From a virus (taxonomy: Duplodnaviria > Caudoviricetes), in the IMG/VR virus record IMGVR_UViG_3300010401_000011, positions 1 to 54,259 of that record: a stretch of 54,259 nt of DNA, one strand, 5' to 3'. The translations under genes were made by a program, and so were the position numbers. How positions within the stretch are numbered: position 1 is the stretch's first letter; the number at the start of each line of letters is the position of its first letter. Shown here in pieces: positions 18,641 to 29,033 of this stretch. The notes beneath the pieces were generated by a model, which worked only from the letters and a program-made list of their open reading frames with translations, was not told the DNA's origin and ran no database searches.

Positions 18641-19071
18641 GCGAACTCGACGAGTGTTTGAACAAGTGGCTCGACGATGACCGCATGGTCCGGAGCCTGT
18701 GCGAGACCGTGGCGATGAATAGCCCGGGAGCGGCGGCGGCCATGGCGCTGGTGCTCAAGACTTACAACGCGCGGGTCGAGTCAATCGAGATGCTCCGCGT
18801 CCAAGTCGGCCGCACCGAGATGGCGCTCGACCAGGCCGAGTCGCGATGCCTGACGCTAGAGGGTGCCAAGGACTCGCTACGCGCTCGCCTCGAGCGGGTG
18901 CGGGTCGCCTATGACCGGTGGAGCCGTAACGCCTCACCGTCGGGCGAGTTCGAGGCAGAGATGCGCGCCGCCCTTGGTCCCGAGCCCGCCCCAACGCTCG
19001 AAGCCCTCGACGAGGGCTGGACCGCGCTCCACCGGGCGATCGACGAGGACGCCGTCCCCGATCCGGAGTAG
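18637..19071 (+). CDS. Hypothetical coiled-coil protein
   Basis: GTGA-coupled, GGAG RBS. Confidence 0.65.
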   Translation: MSELDECLNKWLDDDRMVRSLCETVAMNSPGAAAAMALVLKTYNARVESIEMLRVQVGRTEMALDQAESRCLTLEGAKDSLRARLERVRVAYDRWSRNASPSGEFEAEMRAALGPEPAPTLEALDEGWTALHRAIDEDAVPDPE

Positions 19072-19082
19072 GCTTCCGCCCC

Positions 19083-19262
19083 ATGTCGCTCATCTCGATC
19101 CTTGTCGTGCTCGTCATTGCAGGGCTCGTGCTCTGGGCTGTGAGTCAATTCCCGCTCGATGCCACCATCGTCCGCATCATCCGCGTGGTCGTCGTCGTGT
19201 TCGTGGTCTTGTGGCTCTTGCAGGCGCTCGGGCTGCTCGGGCACGTCGTCCAGATCCGGTGA
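19083..19262 (+). CDS. Two-TM small membrane protein (Thivi_2564-like)
   Basis: MSLISILVVLVIAGLVLWAVSQFPLDATIVRIIRVVVVVFVVLWLLQALG; 59 aa, absent from ORF track. Confidence 0.8.
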   Translation: MSLISILVVLVIAGLVLWAVSQFPLDATIVRIIRVVVVVFVVLWLLQALGLLGHVVQIR

Positions 19263-19307
19263 GGGCGCGACCTGCCCGCCCGCCCCGTTCGGTGGTAAGC
19301 TCCCGCC

Positions 19308-19871
19308 ATGAGCATCGAGAAAGAGCTCGCCCGGCGCCGCTTCCAGACGAGCGCCGACGGCATCCAGCGCCGGCACCGCCAGGCGCAAGAAACCGCCGCG
19401 CGCCTATCCCGCACGGTGACGCAAACGAGCCAGCCCAACGGCGTGCACCCGTCCTTCCGGGGCCAGATCGAGGCGGCTCAGCTCAAGGCCAAGGCCATCG
19501 CCGACGCGCCCCTCACGCGCCCTGACCTCGACCACGTGCTCGGCAAGCTCCGGGAGCAAGGCAAGCTGCCGCCCGTGGAGAAGCCCGACAATGTGGGATA
19601 CGAGCCGACCCCGGAGGAAATCCTAGGCGAGCTAGCCGCGTCCCCCGGCTCCGATCCGGCGGGGCTCGAGGACAGCCCGAGCGTGGACGATGTCCTGGCA
19701 TCCGGTGACGGCTCCGGTGATGACGCCGGCAGTGACGGCGACGCGGGCTGGGACGCCCCGCCAGCCCCGGGGATTGCCCCTGCCGGCACGCACCCACCCC
19801 CGGCACCGAACACGACGGTTGCGCTGCCCGGCCCGGTGCGGCACCATGTTGGTAAGCGCGGCCGCAAGTAG
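19308..19871 (+). CDS. Hypothetical protein with acidic/Pro-rich C-terminus
   Basis: 187 aa ORF; TAAGCT box 6 nt upstream of ATG. Confidence 0.7.
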   Translation: MSIEKELARRRFQTSADGIQRRHRQAQETAARLSRTVTQTSQPNGVHPSFRGQIEAAQLKAKAIADAPLTRPDLDHVLGKLREQGKLPPVEKPDNVGYEPTPEEILGELAASPGSDPAGLEDSPSVDDVLASGDGSGDDAGSDGDAGWDAPPAPGIAPAGTHPPPAPNTTVALPGPVRHHVGKRGRK

Positions 19872-19893
19872 CGGTATCGCGCCCGGCTAGCGA

Positions 19894-20128
19894 ACGAGGC
19901 CCCTCATGCGGCGGGGCCCGCTCGTGTGTCACCGTCAATCTCGGCGCTGCCTTCGCGAGCAGCCCCCCGAGTAGTCACCGCGGGGAAGCGTGACCGTGTC
20001 CACGGCGGACGTTTAAACGCTCGACGGCTCGTTCTGAGCAATGGCGGGGCCGTACCCCTGCCCACCCAGCACCGCAACTAGGGTCCGCGCAGCCTGGCGA
20101 ATTGGCTGTCCACCCCCAAGTGCTGGAG
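19894..20128 (+). ncRNA. Candidate structured 5' leader RNA of the major capsid gene
   Basis: Multiple hand-identified stems filling a 267-nt intergenic gap (see findings). Confidence 0.5.
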
Positions 20129-20138
20129 TGCAACGGCC

Positions 20139-21425
20139 ATGTCGGACGTCACGTTCGCGACCAATTTCCTCAACATCTCTTATGTTGACGGCGATCTAAT
20201 TCATCAGGCGTCAGTACGCGCCAACCCCTCGATCAAGCTCTTCACCATCAAGGAAGCCGGCGGCTCAGCCGTGGACTCCCGGTTCATGTTGCGCGGCGCT
20301 GCCGGCATGAGCGGCAACCTCACCGACGCGCAAGCCATCGCGGCTCAGAACAAGAACGGCCGCCACTACAGCTGGAACGTCCCGTTCGGTAAGACCCGCG
20401 GATCTTTCCGGATCCCCTACGAGGACATCATGGCCTCGAAGCTCGACGAGGCCGCCGAAGGCAAGGCCCTCGAGATCGAGATGGAGAAGGGCGTGGCCGA
20501 GTGCGGGAGCAAGCTCGTGCAGTTGCTCTTCGGTCGCTCGGGTCTCGCGGGCGGGCTCGGCGTCTACACGGAAGCGGCTTCCGGGGACTTCCCGACGTTT
20601 GCCATCCGCTTCACGGACGGTTCGGACGCGCGCAACTTCCAGCCCGGTGACAACATCGTCATCGCAGCGGGCACGGGCGAGAGCGCTCAGAGCCTGGTCG
20701 GGGACGTCGGCTACGTGCTCGATGCGGATGTCGAGGACGGCTTCGTCCGCGTTGCAGGTCTCTCCGATCCGGACACGGCGGGCAACCCCGGCGGCTGGGT
20801 CACGGGCACGACCTACTACGTGTTCAACCTCGGCCTGCACGGCAACGGCGCTCAGTCGGATGTCATCATCCCGATCGAGGCGTACCTGCCCGCGTCCCGC
20901 GCCAACGACACGTTCCTCGGCGTAGCCCGCTCCGACTCGTCCTCGCTCTCGGGCGCGCGCCTGAGCACGGCGGAAGAGACCGGCAGCATCGCGACCAGGG
21001 CCAAGCGGCTCATCACCAAGATGCGCGGCCGCTACACGGACATTGCCAAGATGGCCAACAAGGTCGTGCTCAACTCGGAAGACTTCGGCACGTGTGACGA
21101 GGATCTGAACGCGCAAGTCGTTCGCTCTCCCGCCATGACCACCGAGAGCGGCTACGAGGCGATGACCATCAACACCGCCAACGGCAAGACGGAGCTCATC
21201 AGTGAGCCCTATAAGAACAAGGGCTCGGGCTTCGTTCTGTCGCCGTCCTCGCTCGTGCTCTATAGCCAGCTGGGCAAGGGCCTGTTGCTGGACTTGGTCC
21301 GGCACAACGGCAACGTGACGCGGTTGATGGAGGGCTCGAACGATCTCGAGGTCCGCACCTTCTCCGCCCTGGCCAACACCATCGGAGCTCCTTTCGCCCA
21401 CGGCCGTTTCGCAACGACCGGCTGA
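20139..21425 (+). CDS. Major capsid protein
   Basis: 428 aa, GGAG RBS, IMASK..EGKALEIEM..QLLFG, FLGVARS..LSGAR, C-terminal DLEVR..APFAHG; strongly biased codons. Confidence 0.8.
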   Translation: MSDVTFATNFLNISYVDGDLIHQASVRANPSIKLFTIKEAGGSAVDSRFMLRGAAGMSGNLTDAQAIAAQNKNGRHYSWNVPFGKTRGSFRIPYEDIMASKLDEAAEGKALEIEMEKGVAECGSKLVQLLFGRSGLAGGLGVYTEAASGDFPTFAIRFTDGSDARNFQPGDNIVIAAGTGESAQSLVGDVGYVLDADVEDGFVRVAGLSDPDTAGNPGGWVTGTTYYVFNLGLHGNGAQSDVIIPIEAYLPASRANDTFLGVARSDSSSLSGARLSTAEETGSIATRAKRLITKMRGRYTDIAKMANKVVLNSEDFGTCDEDLNAQVVRSPAMTTESGYEAMTINTANGKTELISEPYKNKGSGFVLSPSSLVLYSQLGKGLLLDLVRHNGNVTRLMEGSNDLEVRTFSALANTIGAPFAHGRFATTG

Positions 21426-21457
21426 GCTCGGCTCCGCCAGAAAGGAGAACCGACAAC

Positions 21458-21856
21458 ATGTCCATCTCGGAATGTGGAACGCCGGTACGCGGCTCGGGCA
21501 AGGACCTCACGGTCTGGAAGCTCGAGTGGACGTATACGGACGGGAGCGGCGCCGTGTCCCTCGACACGGCCCAAAGCGACCGGAGCCAGGCCGTGCCGAC
21601 GCCCGTGGCCGATGGCGGCACCGGCATCGTGAGCGTGACGTTTCCAAAAAGCCTTCGGGCCTGGATGCTGCACGGCTCGATCGAACCGGCGACGGAGGCG
21701 ACGCAAGCCAACATCCGGCACGCCGTCCCCGTCGACATCAGCGCCACGGCCGGCACGATGAAGCTCTACACGTACGCCATCACCACGGATCCGGCAGAAA
21801 CGGACCCGGAGAGTGGCTCGCGCGGACGGCTCACGTTGCTGCTCGAACGCCCCTGA
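21458..21856 (+). CDS. Putative capsid decoration/minor virion protein
   Basis: AAGGAG RBS directly after MCP; beta-rich. Confidence 0.55.
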   Translation: MSISECGTPVRGSGKDLTVWKLEWTYTDGSGAVSLDTAQSDRSQAVPTPVADGGTGIVSVTFPKSLRAWMLHGSIEPATEATQANIRHAVPVDISATAGTMKLYTYAITTDPAETDPESGSRGRLTLLLERP

Positions 21857-21936
21857 CCTCACCCCTCCCCACTCAACCCTTTGACGAGGCGGGCCCCTAA
21901 CGGCTCGCCCATGCCCTCGCACCGGAGATCAATCAC

Positions 21937-22815
21937 ATGACCGCTACACTGGCCTGGAAGACTGGCGATTTCGACCCCTACACCCGCGACCAAGCGAGCC
22001 GCTTTCGCCTGCTGGCTCTCGGCTTTCTCGGCGTCGGCACGGCTGCCGAGCGCGCCACGGCTCAGGCGTATTTGACCAAGTCCCCGGACTTCGCCGCCGA
22101 GGTGCAGGCGACGACCGACACGAGCAACCTGCAAGCCGTCGACTTGACGGACGAGGGCGTGACGTTCCCAGCCCGGACCATTCGGGAGATAACGCTCAAG
22201 AGCTGGTGCCTGACCGACAATGACACCTACTACTACGAGACCACCGAGAGCGTACTTGGCGGCACGACCCCGGTGCTGCTTGGGCAGAAGATTATCTCGG
22301 GCTGGGCCGAGGAAGCGGGGGTACCGAGCGAGTACGGCCGCGTGCACTTCGCCGCCACCATCACGGCCCTGACCACCATCACCACCATCTTCGCCAGCAA
22401 GGGCTATGCCCTGGGCGACATCGCCTCGGGCAAAGCCGATCTCAACGTGCCCCCCAATCGGCTCCTGCTCTGCAAGCAAGCGACCCTCGACGCCTCGGTC
22501 GTGAGCGTGACGGCCGCGGGCGTGCAGGTCGGCATCGACTACACGAACCTAGACGGGCTCGGCGCCGGCACGGGTGGCGTGGTCTTCTATGAGCAATTCA
22601 CGACCACGGACGTGCTCACGGATGACCCGAAGCTGGCGACCCGGCTCGATCTCGCGTTCGAGGTCTGGCCCGCGTTCAACCATCGCCTGGTCATGAACTC
22701 CAACAACGTCGAGGTGCAGGTGACCGGGCACGACAACATCGGCGACGACAACCTCAAGCACTACGTGGAGGTATACGTCGGGCCCGCCCGCGCGATCGGG
22801 TACTCCGCGGTCTAA
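21937..22815 (+). CDS. Putative virion structural protein
   Basis: 292 aa Thr/Val-rich, GGAG RBS. Confidence 0.6.
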   Translation: MTATLAWKTGDFDPYTRDQASRFRLLALGFLGVGTAAERATAQAYLTKSPDFAAEVQATTDTSNLQAVDLTDEGVTFPARTIREITLKSWCLTDNDTYYYETTESVLGGTTPVLLGQKIISGWAEEAGVPSEYGRVHFAATITALTTITTIFASKGYALGDIASGKADLNVPPNRLLLCKQATLDASVVSVTAAGVQVGIDYTNLDGLGAGTGGVVFYEQFTTTDVLTDDPKLATRLDLAFEVWPAFNHRLVMNSNNVEVQVTGHDNIGDDNLKHYVEVYVGPARAIGYSAV

Positions 22816-22822
22816 CGTTTTC

Positions 22823-22867
22823 CGGGGCGACGGGCGAGTTATTAAGCCTTTCGCGCTCGTCGCCCCG
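22823..22867 (+). terminator. Stem-loop after head genes, possible terminator or processing site
   Basis: CGGGGCGACGGGCG/CGCTCGTCGCCCCG 14-bp stem; weak U-tract. Confidence 0.45.
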
Positions 22868-22907
22868 TGAATTTCTACGAAAGGCTTTGCCCGGAAAGGC
22901 TCGCCCC

Positions 22908-23894
22908 ATGCTCATCATCGCCACCGTCCTACTCGGTCCCGGCACGGACAAGACCGTGGCCGACGCCATCGCGTCCGTCGCCGCACACGTGGACCGGTTC
23001 CTGTTCATCGAGAGCGGGGGCGGCGCCGCTCCCGTCTACGCCGCGCAAGCCGCGGCCATAAAGGCGGGCAAGCCCTACACCCTGACCGAGTACCAGTGGC
23101 AAGCCGACTACGGCAAGGCACGGCAGTTTGCGCTCGAGCAGGCCCGGGCGGACGGCGCCGACTACGCGCTCACGCTCGATCCGGACGAGCGCGTGGAGCT
23201 CGACGGCAGTGTCCGGAACATGCTCGAAGCGCACCCGACGGTGGACGTCTGGGCCGTGAAGGATCGGGACGACGGCTACTTCAAGGAACGCCTCATCCGG
23301 TGCGCCGCCGCCTGCCACTGGCACGGCACCGTGTGTGAGAACGTCATTGGCCACGGTGAGCGCAAGCGTTTGCAAGGGCACTTCTGGGAGGTGCCCAAGA
23401 CCCCCGAGCAACTGCAAGCCCGCTACGCCCGCGGCGTCACCAGCATGCGCGCCCTCATCGACCAGGGCGAGGAGACCTATAAGTGGTATCGCCACATGGG
23501 CACGTGCCTGATGGGTCTCGGTCGGCGCGAGGAAGCGCTCGGCGCGTACCGGCGCGCCCGTGAATTGGCGCTCACGCCCGAGGACCAAGCATGGTCGAGC
23601 TACCTCATTTGCGAGCAACTCGTGCTCCGGGAAGAGCACGACGAGGCCAAACGCATGGCCGCGCTCGCGCTCGCGGACCATGGCGGATTCGTGCCCGAGT
23701 TCGGCTGGATTATCGCGTTCGTGGACTTCAAGGCGGGCAAGTTCCAGAACGCCTCGCGTTGGGCTCAGCTGGCGCTGAACTGCCCACCCGACGGCACGCG
23801 CGTGAGCTTCCGCGGCAAAAACTACATTCAGGGCTGCCGCAACCTGCTCTTTACCATCCACTCGGCGCCGGCTCAGGCCGAGCAAGCCGCTTGA
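22908..23894 (+). CDS. GT2 glycosyltransferase with TPR repeats
   Basis: WQADYGKARQFAL..DYALTLDPDER (DxD), RLIR..WHGTVCE, TPR-like C-terminus. Confidence 0.85.
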   Translation: MLIIATVLLGPGTDKTVADAIASVAAHVDRFLFIESGGGAAPVYAAQAAAIKAGKPYTLTEYQWQADYGKARQFALEQARADGADYALTLDPDERVELDGSVRNMLEAHPTVDVWAVKDRDDGYFKERLIRCAAACHWHGTVCENVIGHGERKRLQGHFWEVPKTPEQLQARYARGVTSMRALIDQGEETYKWYRHMGTCLMGLGRREEALGAYRRARELALTPEDQAWSSYLICEQLVLREEHDEAKRMAALALADHGGFVPEFGWIIAFVDFKAGKFQNASRWAQLALNCPPDGTRVSFRGKNYIQGCRNLLFTIHSAPAQAEQAA

Positions 23895-23907
23895 AAGGAC
23901 AACGACC

Positions 23908-24165
23908 ATGGCCACCAAGGAACCGGACTACGATGCGATGGCAGACACGGCGGACGAGCCCACGGGCGCGCTCGCGCTCGGGGATGACGAGGAAGAGAGC
24001 GACCTCGACGCGGAGTTCCTCATGCACGCCAAGGAAGCTGGGCTTTCCGAGCCGCAAGCCCGGGCCATGAAGCTTGCCATCGAACGGTGCGTCGAACTCA
24101 AGGGCTCCGGCGACTACGGTGCCGAGGACGACGAGCCCGACGCCGACGACGAAGCGGCGGAGTAA
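23908..24165 (+). CDS. Small acidic hypothetical protein
   Basis: AAAGGA RBS. Confidence 0.7.
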   Translation: MATKEPDYDAMADTADEPTGALALGDDEEESDLDAEFLMHAKEAGLSEPQARAMKLAIERCVELKGSGDYGAEDDEPDADDEAAE

Positions 24166-24174
24166 CCCGGCCCC

Positions 24175-24909
24175 GTGCTCACCAAGACCCTCGCGGTCGC
24201 GCTCAATCGGTGCGTGAAAGAGGCGGACATCGTCCTCGCCGCTGGCACGGACACGACCCGGCGCCACGACACGACCGACGCCGTCACCTACGTGAACGAC
24301 AGTCACCGCGCGCTCATGACCCTGCTCACGACGCGCGGATTTGACTTCTACCTGACCGAGACGGCGCTAGCCAACCTGCCGACGACGCGCGCGGACACGC
24401 ACGAGCAGTACTCGCTCATCGACTGGCCCGCGGCGTCCGTGCTCGTCAAGCGCGTCGACGTGTACAGCAACAGTGAGTGGCACGAGCTCGACCGGCGCGA
24501 CTGGACGCAACTGCGTTCCGAGTGCCGATCGAGCGACGGGGGCGCGTCTCGCCCGCTCGTGTTCGCTCCGAAGAGCCAGGGGTCTGTCGCGACCACGGTG
24601 TTCACGACCGGCAAGATTGCGCTCGCGCCCTTCTCGAGCAACGGCCAGTACAAGATTACGTACCTGCCCGAGTGGGCGGACATCACCAACACCGCGCATT
24701 TGTTCCTCTACCCGGACGAATGGTGCGCGCAGTGGGTGGTCTGGGACTTCGTCTGCAAGATATCGGCGCGCGACAACAACGCCAAGAACCGCTACGCCAT
24801 CGCGACCACCGAGCGGCTTCGGTGCGAGGAGATGATTGGGCATTTCGTGCCCCAGATTGTCGGCACCGGGCCGCTCACGGTCACGCGAAGCCCGGAGTAT
24901 AACCGCTGA
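24175..24909 (+). CDS. Head-tail adaptor / tail tubular protein A-like
   Basis: 244 aa; YVNDSHRALMTLL helix, IALAP..YKITYLP, PDEWCAQWVV pattern typical of podovirus adaptors. Confidence 0.65.
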   Translation: MLTKTLAVALNRCVKEADIVLAAGTDTTRRHDTTDAVTYVNDSHRALMTLLTTRGFDFYLTETALANLPTTRADTHEQYSLIDWPAASVLVKRVDVYSNSEWHELDRRDWTQLRSECRSSDGGASRPLVFAPKSQGSVATTVFTTGKIALAPFSSNGQYKITYLPEWADITNTAHLFLYPDEWCAQWVVWDFVCKISARDNNAKNRYAIATTERLRCEEMIGHFVPQIVGTGPLTVTRSPEYNR

Positions 24910-25616
24910 TGCCGCGCAATCGGAGACGGCGGCTGGTGAACGGGGGCCAAGGCGTGGTGACCGTGCCGCCCGCGTTCGTTGCCGTGCAAACCTGGACGGG
25001 CAGCACGGGAGCACTGAGCGTGGCCTGGCCCTCTCACGCCGCGGGCGACATCGGGCTCTTGCTCGTCAACACGAGCAACCAGACGGTAGCGACACCGTCC
25101 GGGTGGAACGCCGTCACCAATGGCGCGCAAGGCGTGGGCGCGGCGGGAGGGGGGACCGCCGTCGGGCTGCAATGCTTTTGGAGGCGCGCGACGAGTGTGG
25201 CCGAGGCCAATGCGGACGTGGCCGACTCGGGCAACCATACCAATGGCACCATCCTCAGCGTGCGCGGCTGCGTTGCCTCCGGCGATCCGATCAACATTTC
25301 GGCGGGCGACGCCACGAGCGACGCGGACACGACGGGCGTGTCCATTCCAGGGGCCACCACGACCATCGCGCAGTGCTTCGTCGTCGCCATCACGTGCCAC
25401 TCACAAGGAAACGCCTGCTCTCAATCCGGCGAAACAAACGCCTCATTGAGCGGGCTAACCGAGCGGCTAGATGCGGTGGTTTCGCTAGGCTTTGGCGGCG
25501 GTATCAAAATCGTCACCGGCAACAAGGTTGACGCTGGCGCTTACTCCGCGACCACGGCCACGCTCTCGGGCGCTCGTCGCCAGGCCCATGTTTCGCTCGC
25601 GCTCACTCCCGCGTAA
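24909..25616 (+). CDS. Putative tail/virion beta-rich protein
   Basis: AAGDIGLL..TPSGW..FWRRAT motif seen in phage minor tail proteins. Confidence 0.55.
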   Translation: MPRNRRRRLVNGGQGVVTVPPAFVAVQTWTGSTGALSVAWPSHAAGDIGLLLVNTSNQTVATPSGWNAVTNGAQGVGAAGGGTAVGLQCFWRRATSVAEANADVADSGNHTNGTILSVRGCVASGDPINISAGDATSDADTTGVSIPGATTTIAQCFVVAITCHSQGNACSQSGETNASLSGLTERLDAVVSLGFGGGIKIVTGNKVDAGAYSATTATLSGARRQAHVSLALTPA

Positions 25617-25662
25617 CTCGCGCGGGCATACATCAATCCCATTTCCAAAGGAGCCACCATCA

Positions 25663-25956
25663 ATGCAATCGCTCTCCGGCACCGGCAACCAGTTTGCCCA
25701 TACGACACTCGTAACGCAACTCAAGATGACAGCAAACGCGGCACCGAACGGCCACGGCTTGGTCAACCTTTTCAAGGCGCCGAGCACGGCCCCCATCGCA
25801 TCGTCGAGCATTAATGCTTCCGCAACGGTTCCGCTCAACCTGACCGCGGGCGACGTGCTCGAATACAGCGCAGGCGCTTTCGATATCGGCCAGACCCCCG
25901 CGTGGGCAGCCGAGGTTTCCTTGTTCGACCTCTCGGGCACGGCCGAAATCGGCTAA
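25663..25956 (+). CDS. Hypothetical protein
   Basis: AAGGAG RBS; 97 aa. Confidence 0.6.
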   Translation: MQSLSGTGNQFAHTTLVTQLKMTANAAPNGHGLVNLFKAPSTAPIASSSINASATVPLNLTAGDVLEYSAGAFDIGQTPAWAAEVSLFDLSGTAEIG

Positions 25957-25986
25957 CCGCGCGCCCCATCGCGCCCCGCCCGAGCC

Positions 25987-27645
<1,659 letters not shown>

Positions 27646-27659
27646 AATGGAGTCGATCT

Positions 27660-28289
27660 ATGGCAGAGAATAGTTTCCGTCGGTTTTACAGGCGCGAAGA
27701 GTTCCTCGCGCTCCCACCCGCGTCGGACATCAACGTGGAGGTGCTCGGCACGGTGTTGGGCGCGCTCGCGCTCGGGGCGCCGATTGCCGAGGTCCGTCTC
27801 ACTCAGCCACCCGGTGATGGCGTGGTCATCGAGTGGCTCGCGCCTCCCACGAGTGGCACGGACTTCCCGCTGGTAGATGCGGCGATTGCAGCGTTTGCCG
27901 GTGGAGCCACGACGAGCGCCCCCATCATTCAACTATCCGCGGCGGTCGCGACATCGACGAGTGCGACGCCCACCACCAAGATTGATTTCACGACGCCGCC
28001 GCTCGACGCCGGCACCTATCAGGTGATTTGGAACACTTCGCTGCGCATGCAAGCGGTCATCGCCAACACGGGCGTGCAAGGTGACATGACCCTCACCCGC
28101 TCGGATGGCGCGTCGGTGCACCAGGATGACGCTTGGAACCTATCGAACCGTCACGCCTTCAACGGGGCCATTACGTTCAGCGTGCTAGCGGGGCAGACCA
28201 TCCGGGCGCTTTTGACCTTCTCGCGACTCGGGGCTTCGGGCACGGCCGAGATGTCACTGGCGCGTGTCTCGATAGACAAGATTGGTTAG
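27660..28289 (+). CDS. Tail-fibre-associated protein
   Basis: GGAG RBS; beta-sandwich-like C-terminus (AGTYQVIW). Confidence 0.6.
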   Translation: MAENSFRRFYRREEFLALPPASDINVEVLGTVLGALALGAPIAEVRLTQPPGDGVVIEWLAPPTSGTDFPLVDAAIAAFAGGATTSAPIIQLSAAVATSTSATPTTKIDFTTPPLDAGTYQVIWNTSLRMQAVIANTGVQGDMTLTRSDGASVHQDDAWNLSNRHAFNGAITFSVLAGQTIRALLTFSRLGASGTAEMSLARVSIDKIG

Positions 28290-28290
28290 A

Positions 28291-28410
28291 GCTCAACCCC
28301 CGGCGGCGCCGCCCCGAGCAAACACCAAAATCTCGGGGAGAGCCGAACGAAACCGAGCAATCGGAAGGGATCCACGATGAACGCGTCCGGGCGCTCGCCG
28401 GGGGGAGAGC
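28291..28410 (+). ncRNA. Candidate four-way-junction structured RNA
   Basis: Outer stem plus three inner hairpins (see findings). Confidence 0.45.
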
Positions 28411-28520
28411 CCGGCAAGCATACCCTAGCGCCGCCGCTACGGCAGGAGCATTCCACGGGTGAGACATTGGCGCCGGGGCGGATTGCCACGCCGTTGCCAC
28501 GGCAGTGCCCGCCCGTGTAG

Positions 28521-29033
28521 GTGAGCGCCCGCGCGTCGACCGTGAGCGAAAGTGCTGCTAAAGTCCACGGCGTGCCCGAGCCACCCGACAAGGACACGCC
28601 CCCGACTGGATCCGCGCGCCTGAACGCGCCCCCGGCCGTGCCCACGGTCAAGACCCTGAGCCACCAGATCGTGGGAATAGCCGGGCAGCTGCACGGCGCC
28701 CGTGGCGACATCGATACCGTGCTCGAGTGGCAAAAGGCCATGGCTACGGACCTCAAGGCCGTGCGCACGGCCCTGCTCGGCGATCCACGGGTCTTGCACA
28801 TTTCGACCTTGCCGTCCCCGGGCTCGCTCATGCCGCCGCCGAGCTCGAGTTCCATCAACCCGCCCGCGCCCCGCCCGAGCATGGCGGTCAAGGCGGGCAA
28901 GACGACCGCACAGGTTGCCCCCTGGGTGCTCGTCCTGCTCGGCCTGGTGAGCGAGATTGCCGCCCGGCACACGGCCCACGGCGGGGCCTTCTCGGCCATC
29001 CTGAAACTGGTCTTTCCGGACGCGGTGCCATGA
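28521..29033 (+). CDS. Membrane protein, possible holin-like lysis gene
   Basis: C-terminal hydrophobic helix; directly upstream of and overlapping endolysin. Confidence 0.5.
   Translation: MSARASTVSESAAKVHGVPEPPDKDTPPTGSARLNAPPAVPTVKTLSHQIVGIAGQLHGARGDIDTVLEWQKAMATDLKAVRTALLGDPRVLHISTLPSPGSLMPPPSSSSINPPAPRPSMAVKAGKTTAQVAPWVLVLLGLVSEIAARHTAHGGAFSAILKLVFPDAVP

Noticed and set aside
28291-28410. tRNA gene
   Set aside because: Cloverleaf-like but lacks the TTCRA T-loop, D-loop GG and 7-nt anticodon loop; no tRNA genes were recognised anywhere in the window
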